Under the pieces are notes generated by a model. It saw only the letters and a list, made by a program, of their open reading frames with translations, did not search any database and was not told where the DNA came from. From positions 18,042,001 through 18,106,000 of the forward strand of contig OZ024756.1 in assembly GCA_964016885.1 (NCBI GenBank): 64,000 nt of DNA, written 5' to 3'. The translations under genes were made by a program, and so were the position numbers. Shown here one piece after another: positions 44,001 through 54,149 of the stretch. Positions within the stretch are counted from its first letter, which is position 1. The number at the start of each line of letters is the position of its first letter. The stretch is from Eledone cirrhosa (Eukaryota).

Positions 44001-45157
44001 ATATACACACACACACACTTGAATAGACAAGATGTAATGATTGTTGGGTGTCAGAGATAAGACACTTTTGAGCTGTATGGAGATATTAGAGCTATATATA
44101 TATATACACTTGAATAGGTAGACAAGACATTCTGAATGTTGGGTGTCACAGATAAGACACATCTTTGAGCTGTATGTAGATATTTTGTAGTAATGGCCCT
44201 ATAATAGGGGTGTATGGGAAGGTATCTACAGTAATAGACCTATAATAGGGGTGTATGGGAAGGTATATACAGTGATAGCCCTATAATAGGGGTGTATATG
44301 AAGGTATATACAGTAATAGACCTATAATATGAAGGTATATACAGTAATAGACCTATAATATATGAAGGTATATACAGTGATAGCCCTATAATAGGGATGT
44401 ATATGAAGGTATATACAGTGATAGCCCTATAATAGGGGTGTATATGAAGGTATATACAGTGATAGCCCTATTATAGGGGTGTATTGGAAGCTATATACAG
44501 TAATAGCCCTATAATAGGGGTGTATATGATGGCATATGCAATAAGTAATAGACATATTATAGAGGTGTATATGAAGAAATATACAATAATGGACCTAGAA
44601 TATAGGTGTATATGATGATGATGATGGTGATGATTAACCAAGTCTGTAATGTAAAGAAACAAGCACAAAGCTCAGGACATGTGAAGATTTTTTTTTGGGG
44701 GGGGGGGGGGTAATAATTCTTATCAACGATTGATAATGAATGATGAGTGAATGGACTTAATATATAATCTGAAGTTTTCCTAATCCATTAACCCTTTAGT
44801 ATTTAAACTGGCCATATCTGGCCAGAATTCTCTCACCTCTTTCTGTTCAAACCAACCATAACTGGCCACTCATACTGATATTAAGGTATTGTTCTCAAAA
44901 TAAATAGTAACAAAATCTCATAGATTCGATATTATGTGAGATAAAGCCTTTACTGTAAAAATATAATAGTAAATATAGAGTAATGTAAATGCTAAAGGGT
45001 TAAATGATTTCTGTTTCTTTTTTTTTACAAAAAGGGTGAAGAACTTTGGTACAATGTAGATGGAGAAGCATTTGAAGCCCGACCCATTGAGGTTTCCATA
45101 ATTAAGAAGAGACTACAGGTGTTTCATCCTCCTGAACCAGTTAGTTCTTATATGTAG
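21165..45157 (+). CDS. AGK: Acylglycerol kinase (mitochondrial AGK/MULK), whole gene span, 14 coding exons, 432 aa
   Basis: The spliced ORF is open from ATG 21165 to TAG 45157 (exon lengths sum to 1299 nt). It carries AGK motifs RNHWKK, VFLNPA, LFEKNAAPLLHL, AGGDGTL, PVGVIPLG, YWYFGPLK, STVELTV and VDGEAFEARPIEV. Confidence 0.96.
22471..22523 (+). ncRNA. Minimal type I hammerhead ribozyme in AGK intron 1 (sense orientation)
   Basis: ATTTTGT CTGATGA GGACGTAC TGTT GTACCTCT GAAA TATGTA TA ATAAAAT. Confidence 0.78.
22721..22760 (+). CDS. AGK: AGK coding exon 2
   Basis: ttttttcag|(R)DELIRRAYCSEAI|gtaatt; 40 nt. Confidence 0.92.
23752..24095 (+). mobile_element. Tc1/mariner transposase 3' remnant with right TIR
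   Basis: WPSTSSPDLSPCGFWLWG, frameshift, then LKALIKRAF...KACASFRKQVELVKKANGGHIE; ends in an ACACCTTG TIR-like sequence. Confidence 0.85.
24304..24383 (+). CDS. AGK: AGK coding exon 3
   Basis: gacag|KYGTASIQLHQRPRNITVFLNPAVNRG|gtaagt; 80 nt. Confidence 0.95.
24767..24959. mobile_element. MITE (hAT-like) with CAGACCTGYCAAC TIRs
   Basis: CAGACCTGTCAACT...AGTTGGCAGGTCTG; related copies at ~21787-21935 and ~22150-22261. Confidence 0.75.
25958..26033 (+). CDS. AGK: AGK coding exon 4
   Basis: ctacag|KGVKLFEKNAAPLLHLAGILVNVVK|gtcagt; 76 nt. Confidence 0.96.
26068..26473 (+). mobile_element. piggyBac-type MITE (TTAA|CCCTTTAGCATTTA), orientation A, interrupted by a SINE
   Basis: TIRs CCCTTTAGCATTTA/TAAATGCTAAAGGG; TTAA on the left; minus-strand SINE inserted at ~26180-26372. 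Confidence 0.85.
26606..26640 (+). ncRNA. Decayed hammerhead, same family as 5847-5882
   Basis: CTTT CTGATGA AGGAC TAGT ACCC AAAA TGTT AAA (GAAA lost). Confidence 0.45.
26757..27069 (+). mobile_element. tRNA-derived SINE family B (CORE-like centre, RTE-like 3' tail)
   Basis: A box TGGCTTAGTGG, B box GTTCAATCC, core TCCTTGAGCAAGACACTTTA, tail GGAAAAGCGGACGTAAAATGA. Other copies at 29060-29377+, 37683-37992+ and 55816-56250-; relatives with different 3' halves at ~33535-33850 and ~41296-41690. Confidence 0.85.
27711..27746 (-). ncRNA. Decayed hammerhead, same family as 5847-5882
   Basis: Reverse complement TCTT CTGATGA AGGAC TAGT ATTT GAAA CATT AAGA; flanks align with 5760-5900. Confidence 0.55.
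28149..28247 (+). CDS. AGK: AGK coding exon 5 (GGDGT nucleotide-binding motif)
   Basis: tttcag|TEYEGQVKELLTVLEKEHADAIVVAGGDGTLLE|gtaaca; 99 nt. Confidence 0.97.
29391..29584. mobile_element. Mariner-type MITE
   Basis: TIRs GGTCAGCTGAAAACTTCATAGGCTGAC / GTCAGCCTATCAACTTTTCAGCTGACCCTCG with TA flanks; related pieces at ~18350-18430 and ~51322-51360. Confidence 0.75.
29650..29685 (+). CDS. AGK: AGK coding exon 6
   Basis: ttccag|TITGMMRKSDNQ|gtaaga; 36 nt. Confidence 0.92.
29856..30063 (-). mobile_element. piggyBac-type MITE, orientation B
   Basis: Same TIRs; body is the reverse complement of orientation A. Confidence 0.85.
30360..30735 (+). mobile_element. RTE LINE 3' fragment, decayed, same family as 32990-33500
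   Basis: Nucleotide similarity (gagagatcacagctc, ggcaggagacccagaggg, catgagcttggctggtc). Confidence 0.8.
30785..30879 (+). CDS. AGK: AGK coding exon 7
   Basis: tttcag|KFCQSVPVGVIPLGQQNRFATLLFGQDINQV|gtaggt; 95 nt. Confidence 0.95.
30921..32249 (-). mobile_element. piggyBac-type MITE, orientation B, expanded by an internal 72-bp tandem array
   Basis: TTAA on both sides; about 15 copies of a 72-bp unit derived from the MITE end. Confidence 0.88.
32881..32950 (+). CDS. AGK: AGK coding exon 8
   Basis: tgacag|FIMDAAMAVIKSVIKPVDVLEIK|gtaacg; 70 nt. Confidence 0.95.
32990..33500 (+). mobile_element. RTE-clade LINE 3' fragment
   Basis: KLTIFNSVFMPTLTYSHES*...IERSQLRYFGHLVKM...GRRPRGRPRARWLD...DRTRWR; (GAA)n tail; internal stops. 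Confidence 0.9.
34201..34280 (+). CDS. AGK: AGK coding exon 9
   Basis: ttccag|TDDGKNTYAMSGLQLGVYNDAQTRKS|gtaaga; 80 nt. Confidence 0.94.
34368..34587 (+). mobile_element. piggyBac-type MITE, orientation A
   Basis: TTAA TSD and TIRs. Confidence 0.85.
34670..36205. repeat. 32-bp minisatellite GTGTCTAGATCTATGTGTACACTCGTGTTACT, about 47 copies
   Basis: Direct reading; unit contains the palindromes TAGATCTA and GTGTACAC. Confidence 0.95.
36222..36430 (+). CDS. AGK: AGK coding exon 10
   Basis: tttcag|YWYFGPLKSYWTYLRTAMKKWPP...KVPEL|gtaagt; 209 nt. Confidence 0.94.
36465..36669 (+). mobile_element. piggyBac-type MITE, orientation A
   Basis: TTAA TSD and TIRs. Confidence 0.85.
37470..37670 (+). 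mobile_element. piggyBac-type MITE, orientation A
   Basis: TTAA TSD; right TIR partly deleted. Confidence 0.82.
38054..38157 (+). CDS. AGK: AGK coding exon 11
   Basis: tgacag|YVEEYEVEDKDWLQKEVSTVELTVTPGTSHNINL|gttagt; 104 nt. Confidence 0.92.
38201..38472. mobile_element. hAT-type MITE
   Basis: TIR CAGAGGTTC/GAACCTCTG and exact 8-bp TSD ATCTACAT; related copy ~28500-28850. Confidence 0.85.
38651..38822. mobile_element. hAT-type MITE
   Basis: TIR CAGGGTCT/AGGCCCTG and exact 8-bp TSD CCAGTAAC. Confidence 0.8.
39671..39738 (+). CDS. AGK: AGK coding exon 12
   Basis: ttccag|ETSILDIGIGPASPEKSSVIKEG|gtaagt; 68 nt. Confidence 0.92.
40833..41039 (-). mobile_element. piggyBac-type MITE, orientation B
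   Basis: TTAA TSD and TIRs. Confidence 0.85.
41162..41258 (+). CDS. AGK: AGK coding exon 13
   Basis: attcag|WDRAKHRRLKLGTEGNNHLKAHKLKLSPVVEE|gtaatt; 97 nt. Confidence 0.9.
41895..42107 (+). mobile_element. piggyBac-type MITE, orientation A
   Basis: TIRs; TTAA on the left. Confidence 0.83.
43375..43765 (+). mobile_element. PLE 3' remnant (GIY-YIG C-terminus + decayed HHR at ~43626)
   Basis: DIEVTIEATERNIGNLRIKEAVFISKIKPEKNNWSE; ctgaaaa-gaggt..gcct-aaaa; bracketed by direct repeat TATATGAGGGACA (43315, 43780). Confidence 0.6.
44185..44610. repeat. 41-bp minisatellite, about 10 copies
   Basis: TAGCCCTATAATAGGGGTGTATATGAAGGTATATACAGTGA; inverted repeat CCCTAT-A-ATAGGG in the unit. Confidence 0.85.
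44792..44999 (+). mobile_element. piggyBac-type MITE, orientation A
   Basis: TTAA TSD and TIRs; ends 35 bp before AGK exon 14. Confidence 0.88.
45035..45157 (+). CDS. AGK: AGK coding exon 14 (terminal)
   Basis: T-tract...aaag|GEELWYNVDGEAFEARPIEVSIIKKRLQVFHPPEPVSSYM*. Confidence 0.93.
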   Translation, partial: GEELWYNVDGEAFEARPIEVSIIKKRLQVFHPPEPVSSYM

Positions 45158-45539
45158 ATTTATTGTGGAAGTTTGGAATATTCTGGAAGTTTCAGGGAAT
45201 CTCTACTGGAATTTGTCTCCTTTCTGGTGGCAGGCTGAACAATGGGGAGAAGAGATGACAGAGAGAAAGAGGGAGAGAGATTGTATCTAAATTATTATAT
45301 AACATCTAGTTCTAGAAAGTCATCATCATCATCACCATTTAACGACCATTTGTCCACACAATATGGGTTAAACGAGTTGTCCTGTTGCGAGCAATGCCAG
45401 GTCAGGTGACCATGTATTGCTCATACAGAACTGATTTTGGCTTGGTTTCTACAGCTGGATGCCCTTCCTAACACCAAGAAGGTCTGGTGTAGTAATGGGT
45501 GTTGTGTGTGAAGGAGTGGGTGCATGATGTAATGTCTGT

Positions 45540-45900
45540 TGAGTGTGAGGGAGAGTGTTGTGTGTAAGTGAGTGTGAGGGAGAGAGTGTAAGTGGGGGTT
45601 TGTGAGAGTGTTGTGTTGTGTTGAGTGTGAGCGGGTGTCTGTGAGAGTGTTGTGTTGAGTGTGAGTGGGTGTCTGAGAGAGTGCTGTGTTGAGTGTGAGT
45701 GGGTGTTCGTGAGAGTGTTGTGTTGAGTGAGTGGGTGTGAGAGAGTGCTGTGTTGAGTGGGTGTCTGTGAGAGTGCTGTGTTGAGTGTGAGTGGGTGTCT
45801 GTGAGAGAGTGCTGTGTTGAGTGTGAGTGGGTGTCTGTGAGAGAGTGCTGTGTTGAGTGTGAGTGAGAAAGTATTGTTAGGTGAGTGTCTGGGAGAGTAT
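45540..45900. repeat. GT-rich ~34-36-bp repeat downstream of the AGK stop
   Basis: Repeated GAGAGTGCTGTGTTGAGTGTGAGTGGGTGTCTGT. Confidence 0.75.
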
Positions 45901-46179
45901 TGTGATGAGAGAGAGAATCCACCATCTTTATGAAATCACAATTCTCTTTTCCTCTCTGTTACTGGAACACAAATGTCACTTGTTAATATATAATACAGTT
46001 GTTATAAGTTTTGTTGTTGTAATGTTTTTTATATGGGCTGCTACATTCATAGGTTGTTGATCTGACTCTGTTTAGATATAAATATGTGTGTGTGTATGTA
46101 TATATGGGGGGGGGGGGGGGTATTTGTGCCACCAGCACTAGAGAGGTTGTCTTACTGGACTCAGGGGCCTTCTCCACCC

Positions 46180-46215
<36 letters not shown>

Positions 46216-46420
46216 CATGCATTTGTATGTATATATGTGTATGTGTGTGTGTGTGTGTGTGTGAATATTGATGGACTAACGTCCGATATGCTGAGGCATT
46301 CTTTTTCCTTTTCCCCACAAACATGAACCTAAGACTTTGGCTAGTTGTATCTCTCATGTCAGTCTTTTTTAATCTTGAACTATATATATATATGTGTGTG
46401 TGTGTATATATATATATATA

Positions 46421-46463
<43 letters not shown>

Positions 46464-48094
46464 ATGTGTGTGTGTACATGCATGCACACTTTTATTTATA
46501 CTCAAACACTGATATTCGTACAATTTCAAAAATATTTATTACAGCTATTTCTACAACATTCAGATGTAACATTCACATTTCCATATATATATATATATTT
46601 ATATATATATATATATATATTATATATACATTATATATAATATATATACATTATATATAATATATCTGTATATATATAATATATGTGTATATATATATAT
46701 ATATATATGGAAGTGAGGCCAGTTTGACCAGACACAAATCTCACACTTATAAATAATCTTTCACCAGACACAAGGAAGACAGTCTACTACACCAATGTTT
46801 TTTTTCTTTCTTTTTTTTTTCCAAGTCCATGGGTAGTAGTAGTAGTAGTAATAGTAGAAGTAGTAGTAGTAGTAGTAGTAACAGCAGTTGTATTCGTAGT
46901 AACAGTAGTTAATTACTCGGTCATAACAGTCAGACCAACACAACACTAGAATTGTGGCTAGAAGTTTCAGCCCTACTTCTGACGAAAGCTTCATCATTCT
47001 AACAATTTGTGTCAGAAATAGAGTTGAATAGGAAAAAACATGAAGAGATCACCCAGATGAACCAACAAACAAACAAACAAACAAATCAGCATTTCAAGTA
47101 ATTGTGGTTGTAGATAGACCAAGTGTATACACACAGACACACACACACGCATGTAAACAAACAATTTTTTTTCATTAAAAAATCCTAATTCATTAAATAG
47201 AGTTATATATTATTTAAAAAAAAAAAAAAAAGAAAACAGTTGGCTTTTTTTTGTTGTTTTTTTTTGTGTGGATTTTGTCTTTTTTTTTTTTTACATATTT
47301 ATTACAACAGCGGTAGAGGGGGGGATGTGAGAGGTGGGGGTGTTGTGCCTGGTCTTCGTCACACCAAACACTGCAGAGTGACTTAGCGAATTTACACAAG
47401 GATCCCAAGTATAATATAATATTTAAAAAAAACAAGGAATTATTAAATTATTACAACATAACAGCAGGACAGTTGTTAAACTTTTTCTGTACAACAGTAA
47501 AATGTAGTGAACATCCATTTGTTAAGACAAGAATGAGAGAGAGGGGAGTCGAGAAAAAAATCGATTTGTTTAGGGTTTTTTTAAGAAATAGCAAAGTTCC
47601 TTTATCTTCTTCCAGCTCTGGTGATTTCAAATTTTCTTTCTTTTTCTTATGTTTAAATTAAAATGGTTGGTTGGGGGTTTTTTTTCTGTGTTCTTCAAAT
47701 TTTGTCATAATCATATGCCATGATTAATATATTTTATATTTTTATTATCATTATTATTATTATTTAAATATTCAACTTAATAGTCCAGTTTGTATTTTTT
47801 GGTGGTGATGGGGAAGGGGAACTTATGTATAATGGTGATCATACACATACACACACACACACACACTCCCATACATACACATACATAGAGACACCCTGAC
47901 AGTAGTAGTAGAAGTAGTAGTATCACAAGTCTATTGAACAAACCTACCTGGAGATTACACCTACCAAATTACTGGTATGATTGGTGAAACACAGATTTTA
48001 TCATTGTGAAGTTGTCACCTGTAATCCCATCAAATTATTATTTCTCTGCTGTACAACAAAGTCAACAGGTCACCACAGAATGTTGTGTACCTTA

Positions 48095-48400
48095 CAGTAC
48101 AGTGTAACAATACTGTACTGTATTTTATTGCCCTATACTGTACTGCACTGCACTGCATTGTACTGTACTGTACTGTACTGCACTGTACAGTACTATACTA
48201 TATTAAGCAGTACTGTATTGTGCAATATTATACTGTACTGTACAGTGCAATATAGTACAATACAATACTGTACAGTGCAATGCAGAACAATATTGTACAA
48301 TGCAGTGCAATATAGTACTATGCTGTACTGTGCAGTGCAATATAGTACTATACTGTACTGTATGTACAGTATTATATTGCACTACATGTTACAGTACTAT
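48095..48400. repeat. Degenerate pentamer satellite (TACTG/TACAG) downstream of the ZNF stop
   Basis: Direct reading. Confidence 0.8.
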
Positions 48401-48749
48401 ACACTCTCTCTATGTGGCTGAACTGCAGATTGTGAATTTGTTGAACACTCTCTCTAGTCAGGATCCTTTTTTTTGTGTTTGTTTGTTTGTTTAAAAGAAA
48501 AACAAAAAAAAAAAAACAACAAAAACAATTACAAAATATAACATGGTGCAACTACATCACACCTAAAACAAGATATGAAAGGTGAGAAAATGCAGAACAA
48601 GTAACACTTTTCTGTTAGGGTTGTGTTATCTGGTCGATGCATAATTGCAACACAATAGAAAAAATGGTTTTAACAGCAGAACATGCTGAACATGTGACTT
48701 TTCTTTCCACTCTCTACTGAGCATGGCGTTGATCAGGCCGATCCAGTGA

Positions 48750-50861
48750 TTAACCGTAACCGTAGGGAAGGTCACAGTCATATGATCCGGGACTGCGGCT
48801 TTTTTCAACGTAATCTGTGGGGAGAGTTGTTACGGTTGGTTTGATGTACATATTGCCTTTACATGTGAACGTACACAACTCTGAACCTTTCCGTTTGGTG
48901 TCTCTCATGGTGGCGGGGATGTGGACTGTGGTGTGAGGTGCTAATGAGGGGGACGGTGCTGGTTGATGCGGCGTGGAGACTGAGCTGGCATCTCTGTCTG
49001 GGAGGTAAAGTTTTATATCCATGTCACATTCAAACAGATTGGGTTTATTTATCTCAACAGCTGTGCCATCTTTGTGTCGGACTGCTGCCTGGCTGCTTGA
49101 TACTAACTGGTCGACTACTGCCAATTCTGCACTCATGGCCCCCTCTAGTTGGACTGGAGGTGGCGCTGCTGCAGCATTTGTAAATACACTGGGTTCGCAG
49201 GTACGTAAACTCACTAAACATGCCCTACTGGTCTTAGGAAGTGTACTACCGGCAAACATAGTATTGCCAGTGATGATCGTGTCTCCACAGTGGTAGGTGG
49301 CACTGACAACTGTGGCAGTTGGGTCGCCTGGCTTTGAGGTGGTTGGTAAATCAGCAGTAATCGTACCAGGTTCAGATGTAGAGATATAAGTGTGCACAAC
49401 AGAGGAATCGGAAACAGGGGCACAGAGAACTTTGCAGGTTTTCTCTCCATGGCTTGATGCCTGTTCAGAAATTTGCAGATCAACTTGCAGGGGTTTGTAA
49501 CTTTGATCTATGTTTTGGCCTTCAACAGTAGTGTTATCACAAACTCCAGGGGGCTCAGTGCAACATTGAAGGGTAGTGGAGAGCTCCAATTTTTTATCTG
49601 TGTCTGTATCAATCTGTGGTGAGTATCCATTTCTTCCGTTTGTCACAGCTGTTGTATTGTTTGCTGCATCACATGCATCCAAGTGCTGTTCATTTTTACA
49701 ACAAGTAGCTAAATCTGCTGCTAATTCCATGCTGGGGTCTGTATCAGTCGACTGGATCTTTTCCCGTAGTGCACCGGCTGCAATAGTTTTGAACAAATCA
49801 CTATCATCTTTGAAGCAGGACGGCGTTAGTACATCACAAACTGCAGCATGAGACGCCGTCGTCTTGACACCATTTGGGTCTTGCAACTCCTCCCAGAATT
49901 TGTCGACTTCTGGAAACACAAGTGCTCGTTGCCGTGTGTGAAATTTGAGATGTTGACATAGGTTTCTGTGCCTGGTGAATGTTTTGTCACAGAACCTGCA
50001 CCTGTATGGTTCCTCGCCTGTATGGTCTTTAAGATGTTCCATTAGTCGCGTAGCTTTCGAGAAACATTTATTGCAATATTCGCATTCGTATGGGTTGTCT
50101 CGATGTAGTTGCATGTGTTCATCTAGGAGACTCTGCAGAGGAAACGGTTTGTCACAAAAGTCACATTTGCAGAAATTTTCACGCGTATGTACCTGAATGT
50201 GACGTGTTAACAGCGAAGACTGGGGAAATCTTTTGTCACAAAAATCACATTTATAAGGTCTTTCGCCTGTGTGTACACGCTGGTGAATTTCTAGTGAATT
50301 GGACTGTGAAAACCTCTTCTCACAGAACTTACATGCATACGGCTTTTCGCCAGTATGAGTGCGAGTGTGTTTGACAAGTTGTGATGACTGCACAAAGTCT
50401 TTCGAGCAAAACTTACATTTGTAGTTCTTCTCGCCCTTATGGATTTTAATGTGCCTTCGCAACGAACTCGATTGCGCGAACCGTTGCTGACATAAGTGGC
50501 ACTGGTGCGGCTGCTCACCCGTGTGGATCTTCAGGTGCACACTGAGGCTGCCCACCTGGACGAAACGCTTGTCACACAGGTGACATTTGTAAGGCTTCTC
50601 TCCGGTGTGGGTTCGCTGGTGCACATGGAGGCTGCCCGATTGTGAAAAGCCGCGTTGACACACCCCACACAGGTAAGGCTTTTCGCCTGTGTGGGTACGG
50701 AGGTGCGTTGTCAGGTTACAAGACTTGGGAAACTCCTTCGCACAAAACTGGCACTTGAACGACTTGGTGCTGCCAGAGGAGTTGGATGTTGGTGCATTAC
50801 TACTGCTAAGTTGCTCACTAACCGTGAGGGTGTTCACTGCTAGTCGTGCTGCGCTCGTCAT
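48750..50861 (-). CDS. C2H2 zinc-finger protein, 10 tandem fingers plus a long Thr/Ser/Asp-rich C-terminal region (703 aa)
   Basis: Uninterrupted ORF with ten CxxC-x12-HxxxH fingers joined by TGEKP-type linkers. No KRAB/BTB/SCAN domain recognised. In-frame TAA upstream at 50898-50900. Confidence 0.95.
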   Translation of the reverse strand: MTSAARLAVNTLTVSEQLSSSNAPTSNSSGSTKSFKCQFCAKEFPKSCNLTTHLRTHTGEKPYLCGVCQRGFSQSGSLHVHQRTHTGEKPYKCHLCDKRFVQVGSLSVHLKIHTGEQPHQCHLCQQRFAQSSSLRRHIKIHKGEKNYKCKFCSKDFVQSSQLVKHTRTHTGEKPYACKFCEKRFSQSNSLEIHQRVHTGERPYKCDFCDKRFPQSSLLTRHIQVHTRENFCKCDFCDKPFPLQSLLDEHMQLHRDNPYECEYCNKCFSKATRLMEHLKDHTGEEPYRCRFCDKTFTRHRNLCQHLKFHTRQRALVFPEVDKFWEELQDPNGVKTTASHAAVCDVLTPSCFKDDSDLFKTIAAGALREKIQSTDTDPSMELAADLATCCKNEQHLDACDAANNTTAVTNGRNGYSPQIDTDTDKKLELSTTLQCCTEPPGVCDNTTVEGQNIDQSYKPLQVDLQISEQASSHGEKTCKVLCAPVSDSSVVHTYISTSEPGTITADLPTTSKPGDPTATVVSATYHCGDTIITGNTMFAGSTLPKTSRACLVSLRTCEPSVFTNAAAAPPPVQLEGAMSAELAVVDQLVSSSQAAVRHKDGTAVEINKPNLFECDMDIKLYLPDRDASSVSTPHQPAPSPSLAPHTTVHIPATMRDTKRKGSELCTFTCKGNMYIKPTVTTLPTDYVEKSRSPGSYDCDLPYGYG

Positions 50862-50992
50862 GATTGCTTCATATATATATACAGCTAGAGAGATCTGTTA
50901 GTTGAGCCAGTGAATACAGTATTCTGCAGTAGCGCACACACCAACCTACTGCACTTTGCTTTGCCAAACTGCTGCCCGCCGTTGTTCACCCG

Positions 50993-51196
50993 TTAACACC
51001 AGGTCTGTTTTATGGTAAGCAAACTTGCAGGATCCATGTTGTTGTATGTTAAGATAAAGTTAGAGTCAGTAGTTTTAGTTGGGCCTCGGTCTGTACAACA
51101 TCTCACATCTAGCAGTTGACCATCACACATGGCAGACAGTTCCTCTTCACTGTCTTTTCTTGCTGACATAATGCTTCCATTCAGCTCAGGAATCAT
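50993..51196 (-). other. 67-aa upstream ORF (or terminal part of an upstream spliced ORF) in the ZNF 5' region
   Basis: ATG directly follows a good acceptor (ttttctgattgcag|ATGATT); non-repetitive MIPELNGSIMSARKDSEEELSAMCDGQ...TWC*. Confidence 0.45.
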
Positions 51197-51684
51197 CTGC
51201 AATCAGAAAAATTAAGTTTCAGACAAAAAAAAAAGACTCACTCAAATAAACTATAAACTTACTCTACTCTTGGATCTTGAATAATCGTTTTCCCACCCCC
51301 TTTGCTTATTAATTTTTCAGATTATCTTGGTCAGCCTATGAACTTTCCAGCAAACCCTTATATTCAGGTAGTTTAGTATGAAATTAGTTAAACATTAACC
51401 ACAGAAAAGATATCTAAATTTAAATAACACACAGATCTGATAAGCAGGCAAATGAAAATGGAAGGTATAAATATGTTTGACATGTTTTTTAGTTTTTTTT
51501 AAAATATTTTAGACAAGTTTTTTGGAGGGTTGGGTTATGGTAGAAGGATGGTATAGTTTTCAAATTCTTGGAACATGTATTTTTCTAATAAATGAAATGG
51601 TTATTTTATTTCATTTTGATGAGGCATCCATTGATTTTGAAGATGACTACAGTTCTCCAATCAAGGGAACATCCTACACATTAA

Positions 51685-51878
51685 CCCTTTGGTATTTACA
51701 TTACTCTATATTTGTGGTAAAGGCTTTATCTTACATAATATCGAATCTACGGGATTTTAATATTATTTATTTTGAGAACAATACCTTAACATCAGTATGA
51801 GTGGCCAGTAACAGCTGGTTTGAACAGAAAGAGGAGAGAGAATTCTGGCCAGATACGGTTGGTTTAAATGCTAAAAGA
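51685..51878 (-). mobile_element. piggyBac-type MITE, orientation B
   Basis: TTAA TSD and TIRs. Confidence 0.83.
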
Positions 51879-54149
51879 TTAAATAAACACGTAATTAAGC
51901 CCTTAACATAATTCTCAACATGACAATATGTGATATGACAGAACCTTTGAATTACAGATATACTGTATATACATGAATATAAGCCGAGGAATATGTAACC
52001 AAAAAAAAAAATTGATGGTAAAATGGAAGGTTGGCTTATACAAGCCATCTAAACAATGTGTTGATTAGCTGATTGGGTTTATAAACAGGGTTTGGAGTTT
52101 TGCCTAATTCTCAGACATAAAATAGAGGTGTTGGTTTATATTAGAGTATATATGGTAATTTATGTGATGGGCTTCCACACAGTTTCACTCAAAAGGCTTA
52201 GGTCAAACAGAGGCTGTTGTAAAGATGTCATGCAGTGGAATCGAACCCAGAACTTTATGATTGCAAAACAAACTTCTTAACCCTTCCACCATGCATGTCC
52301 TAGATATAGTGTCTAAATAAACATCAGTAGATGGTCATAGCCGGAACTTGTTTGATCCTAGGTGGTGGATTGGCAGTATTGGTAGAGTGTCACACATGCT
52401 TTGTGGCATAGAATTACACCCCTTTACGTTCTGTGTTTGAATCCCGCCAAGGTCAACTTTGTCTTTTATCCTTTTGTGGTTGATAAAATAAAGTACCAGT
52501 CAAGTACTGGGATTGACATAATTGGCTTTGAAAACATAGGGTAGTGCCTTGTGTAACTGAAACCCTGAAGGGCTTCCCACTGGACAACTGATATACATAC
52601 ATTGATCCTAGGTTTACTTGATCAGAGCTTAAACAACAATAACTATAATATAACATTCAGTTATGATGAATAAGTGTTGTCATTCACACACACGTCTCAA
52701 ATAATTAGGATGTTTGATCGTAGGTTTGCTTGAACAGGGTTAAACAACAATAGTTATAACATTCAGTTATGAAGAAGTGTCATCATTCACACATAAGTCT
52801 CAAATAATTAAGATGTTAGGAATTGTATTTTATTTCACTGGATAAAAATAGAGTTCTGTAGTTTCGGACAATGAGTGCTCCAGTTGATTCAATCACTAGA
52901 ACTGCCATGTATAAGTGGCTGAGCAGTCAACAGATATCTGCACCCTTAATGTGGTTCTAAAGGAGATTCAATGTGACAAAGCTGGCCCCTTGAATTTACA
53001 GGTACAACTCATTTTGGCCAACCATTTCCCAGCATGTACCAGATGTGTTTTATTATGGCACCTACTGGGTGATTTTTGTCATGGCATCAACAGAGTGGAC
53101 TAGGTGCTTTTTGTTGTGGCATCAACATGACCCTCTTACAGGGTGGACTGGATGCTTTTTATTGTGGCACTAGTACGATAACATTGCAGGATGAACTGGA
53201 CACTTTTTGTTGTAGCACCAGCATAATCCTCTTACAGGGTGGACTAGGTTCTTTTTGTTATGGCACTAACACGACTCTCATATAAGGTGGACTGGGTGTG
53301 TTTTATTATGTCGCATGTGCTACCTCATTATGACATTTGAGTGTTCATTGTGTCCAGGCAATGATGAGTGTAAAATGTGAGGGTAAGCTACATGTTGCTT
53401 GCTAAGAGAGCAATCAATGAGTCATCATAATCGTTAAATACCTGCCTGAGCCAGATGGACTGTCATGATCTAAGACTAGTCCAAACATGGGGAGTGGAGC
53501 ACAAGTCATATGTCGATTGCTGGTGGGGCATATATTTATATACAATTTGTGGCAATTTGTCTTCTCTAATCTGTTTGCTGGGGCGGCCTGCGCATGGAAC
53601 CCCATTTGCTCATAATAGTGAGAGATGGGGAAGGCGATGACAGTGGAAGTTTGGTCCCTCTGTGTTCGGACCTGGTGTACATGTGTGTGTAATTTTACAC
53701 TTATTTTCGGCTTTTACAGCTATTGTTATAAAAGAAAATAGCTTTCCAGAAAATAAAAAATTCATTTGTGGCAATGATATAAGAGCTAACAAGCAACTAG
53801 AGAGCCTTAATGTGGTTGCTCAACCTGCAAGAAATAGCAGCCAAATCTTACTCAAATCACACTTTACTGTTGTCATGGATGTATTAGGTAATGTATTCCT
53901 AGATACCCAAATGAAGATAGAATGGATCTTATCAGTGCTCTGCTCAGTCAGGGTTGACCTGGAGCTAAACAACAACAATAACCCTACTAAACCAATGCCC
54001 TTCCTAATGCCAACCACTTCCCAGCATATACTGTGTTTTATTACAGCACCTCCATGAGCACTTTACAATATGGGCTGGGTACTTTTTATCGGGGCACCAG
54101 TACTACCAGCTGACAGGGCAGCCTGGTTACTTTTTATCATGGCGTGGGC

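Noticed and set aside
48938-50901. Plus-strand and alternative-frame ORFs over the ZNF CDS
   Set aside because: Shadow ORFs of the real minus-strand coding sequence.
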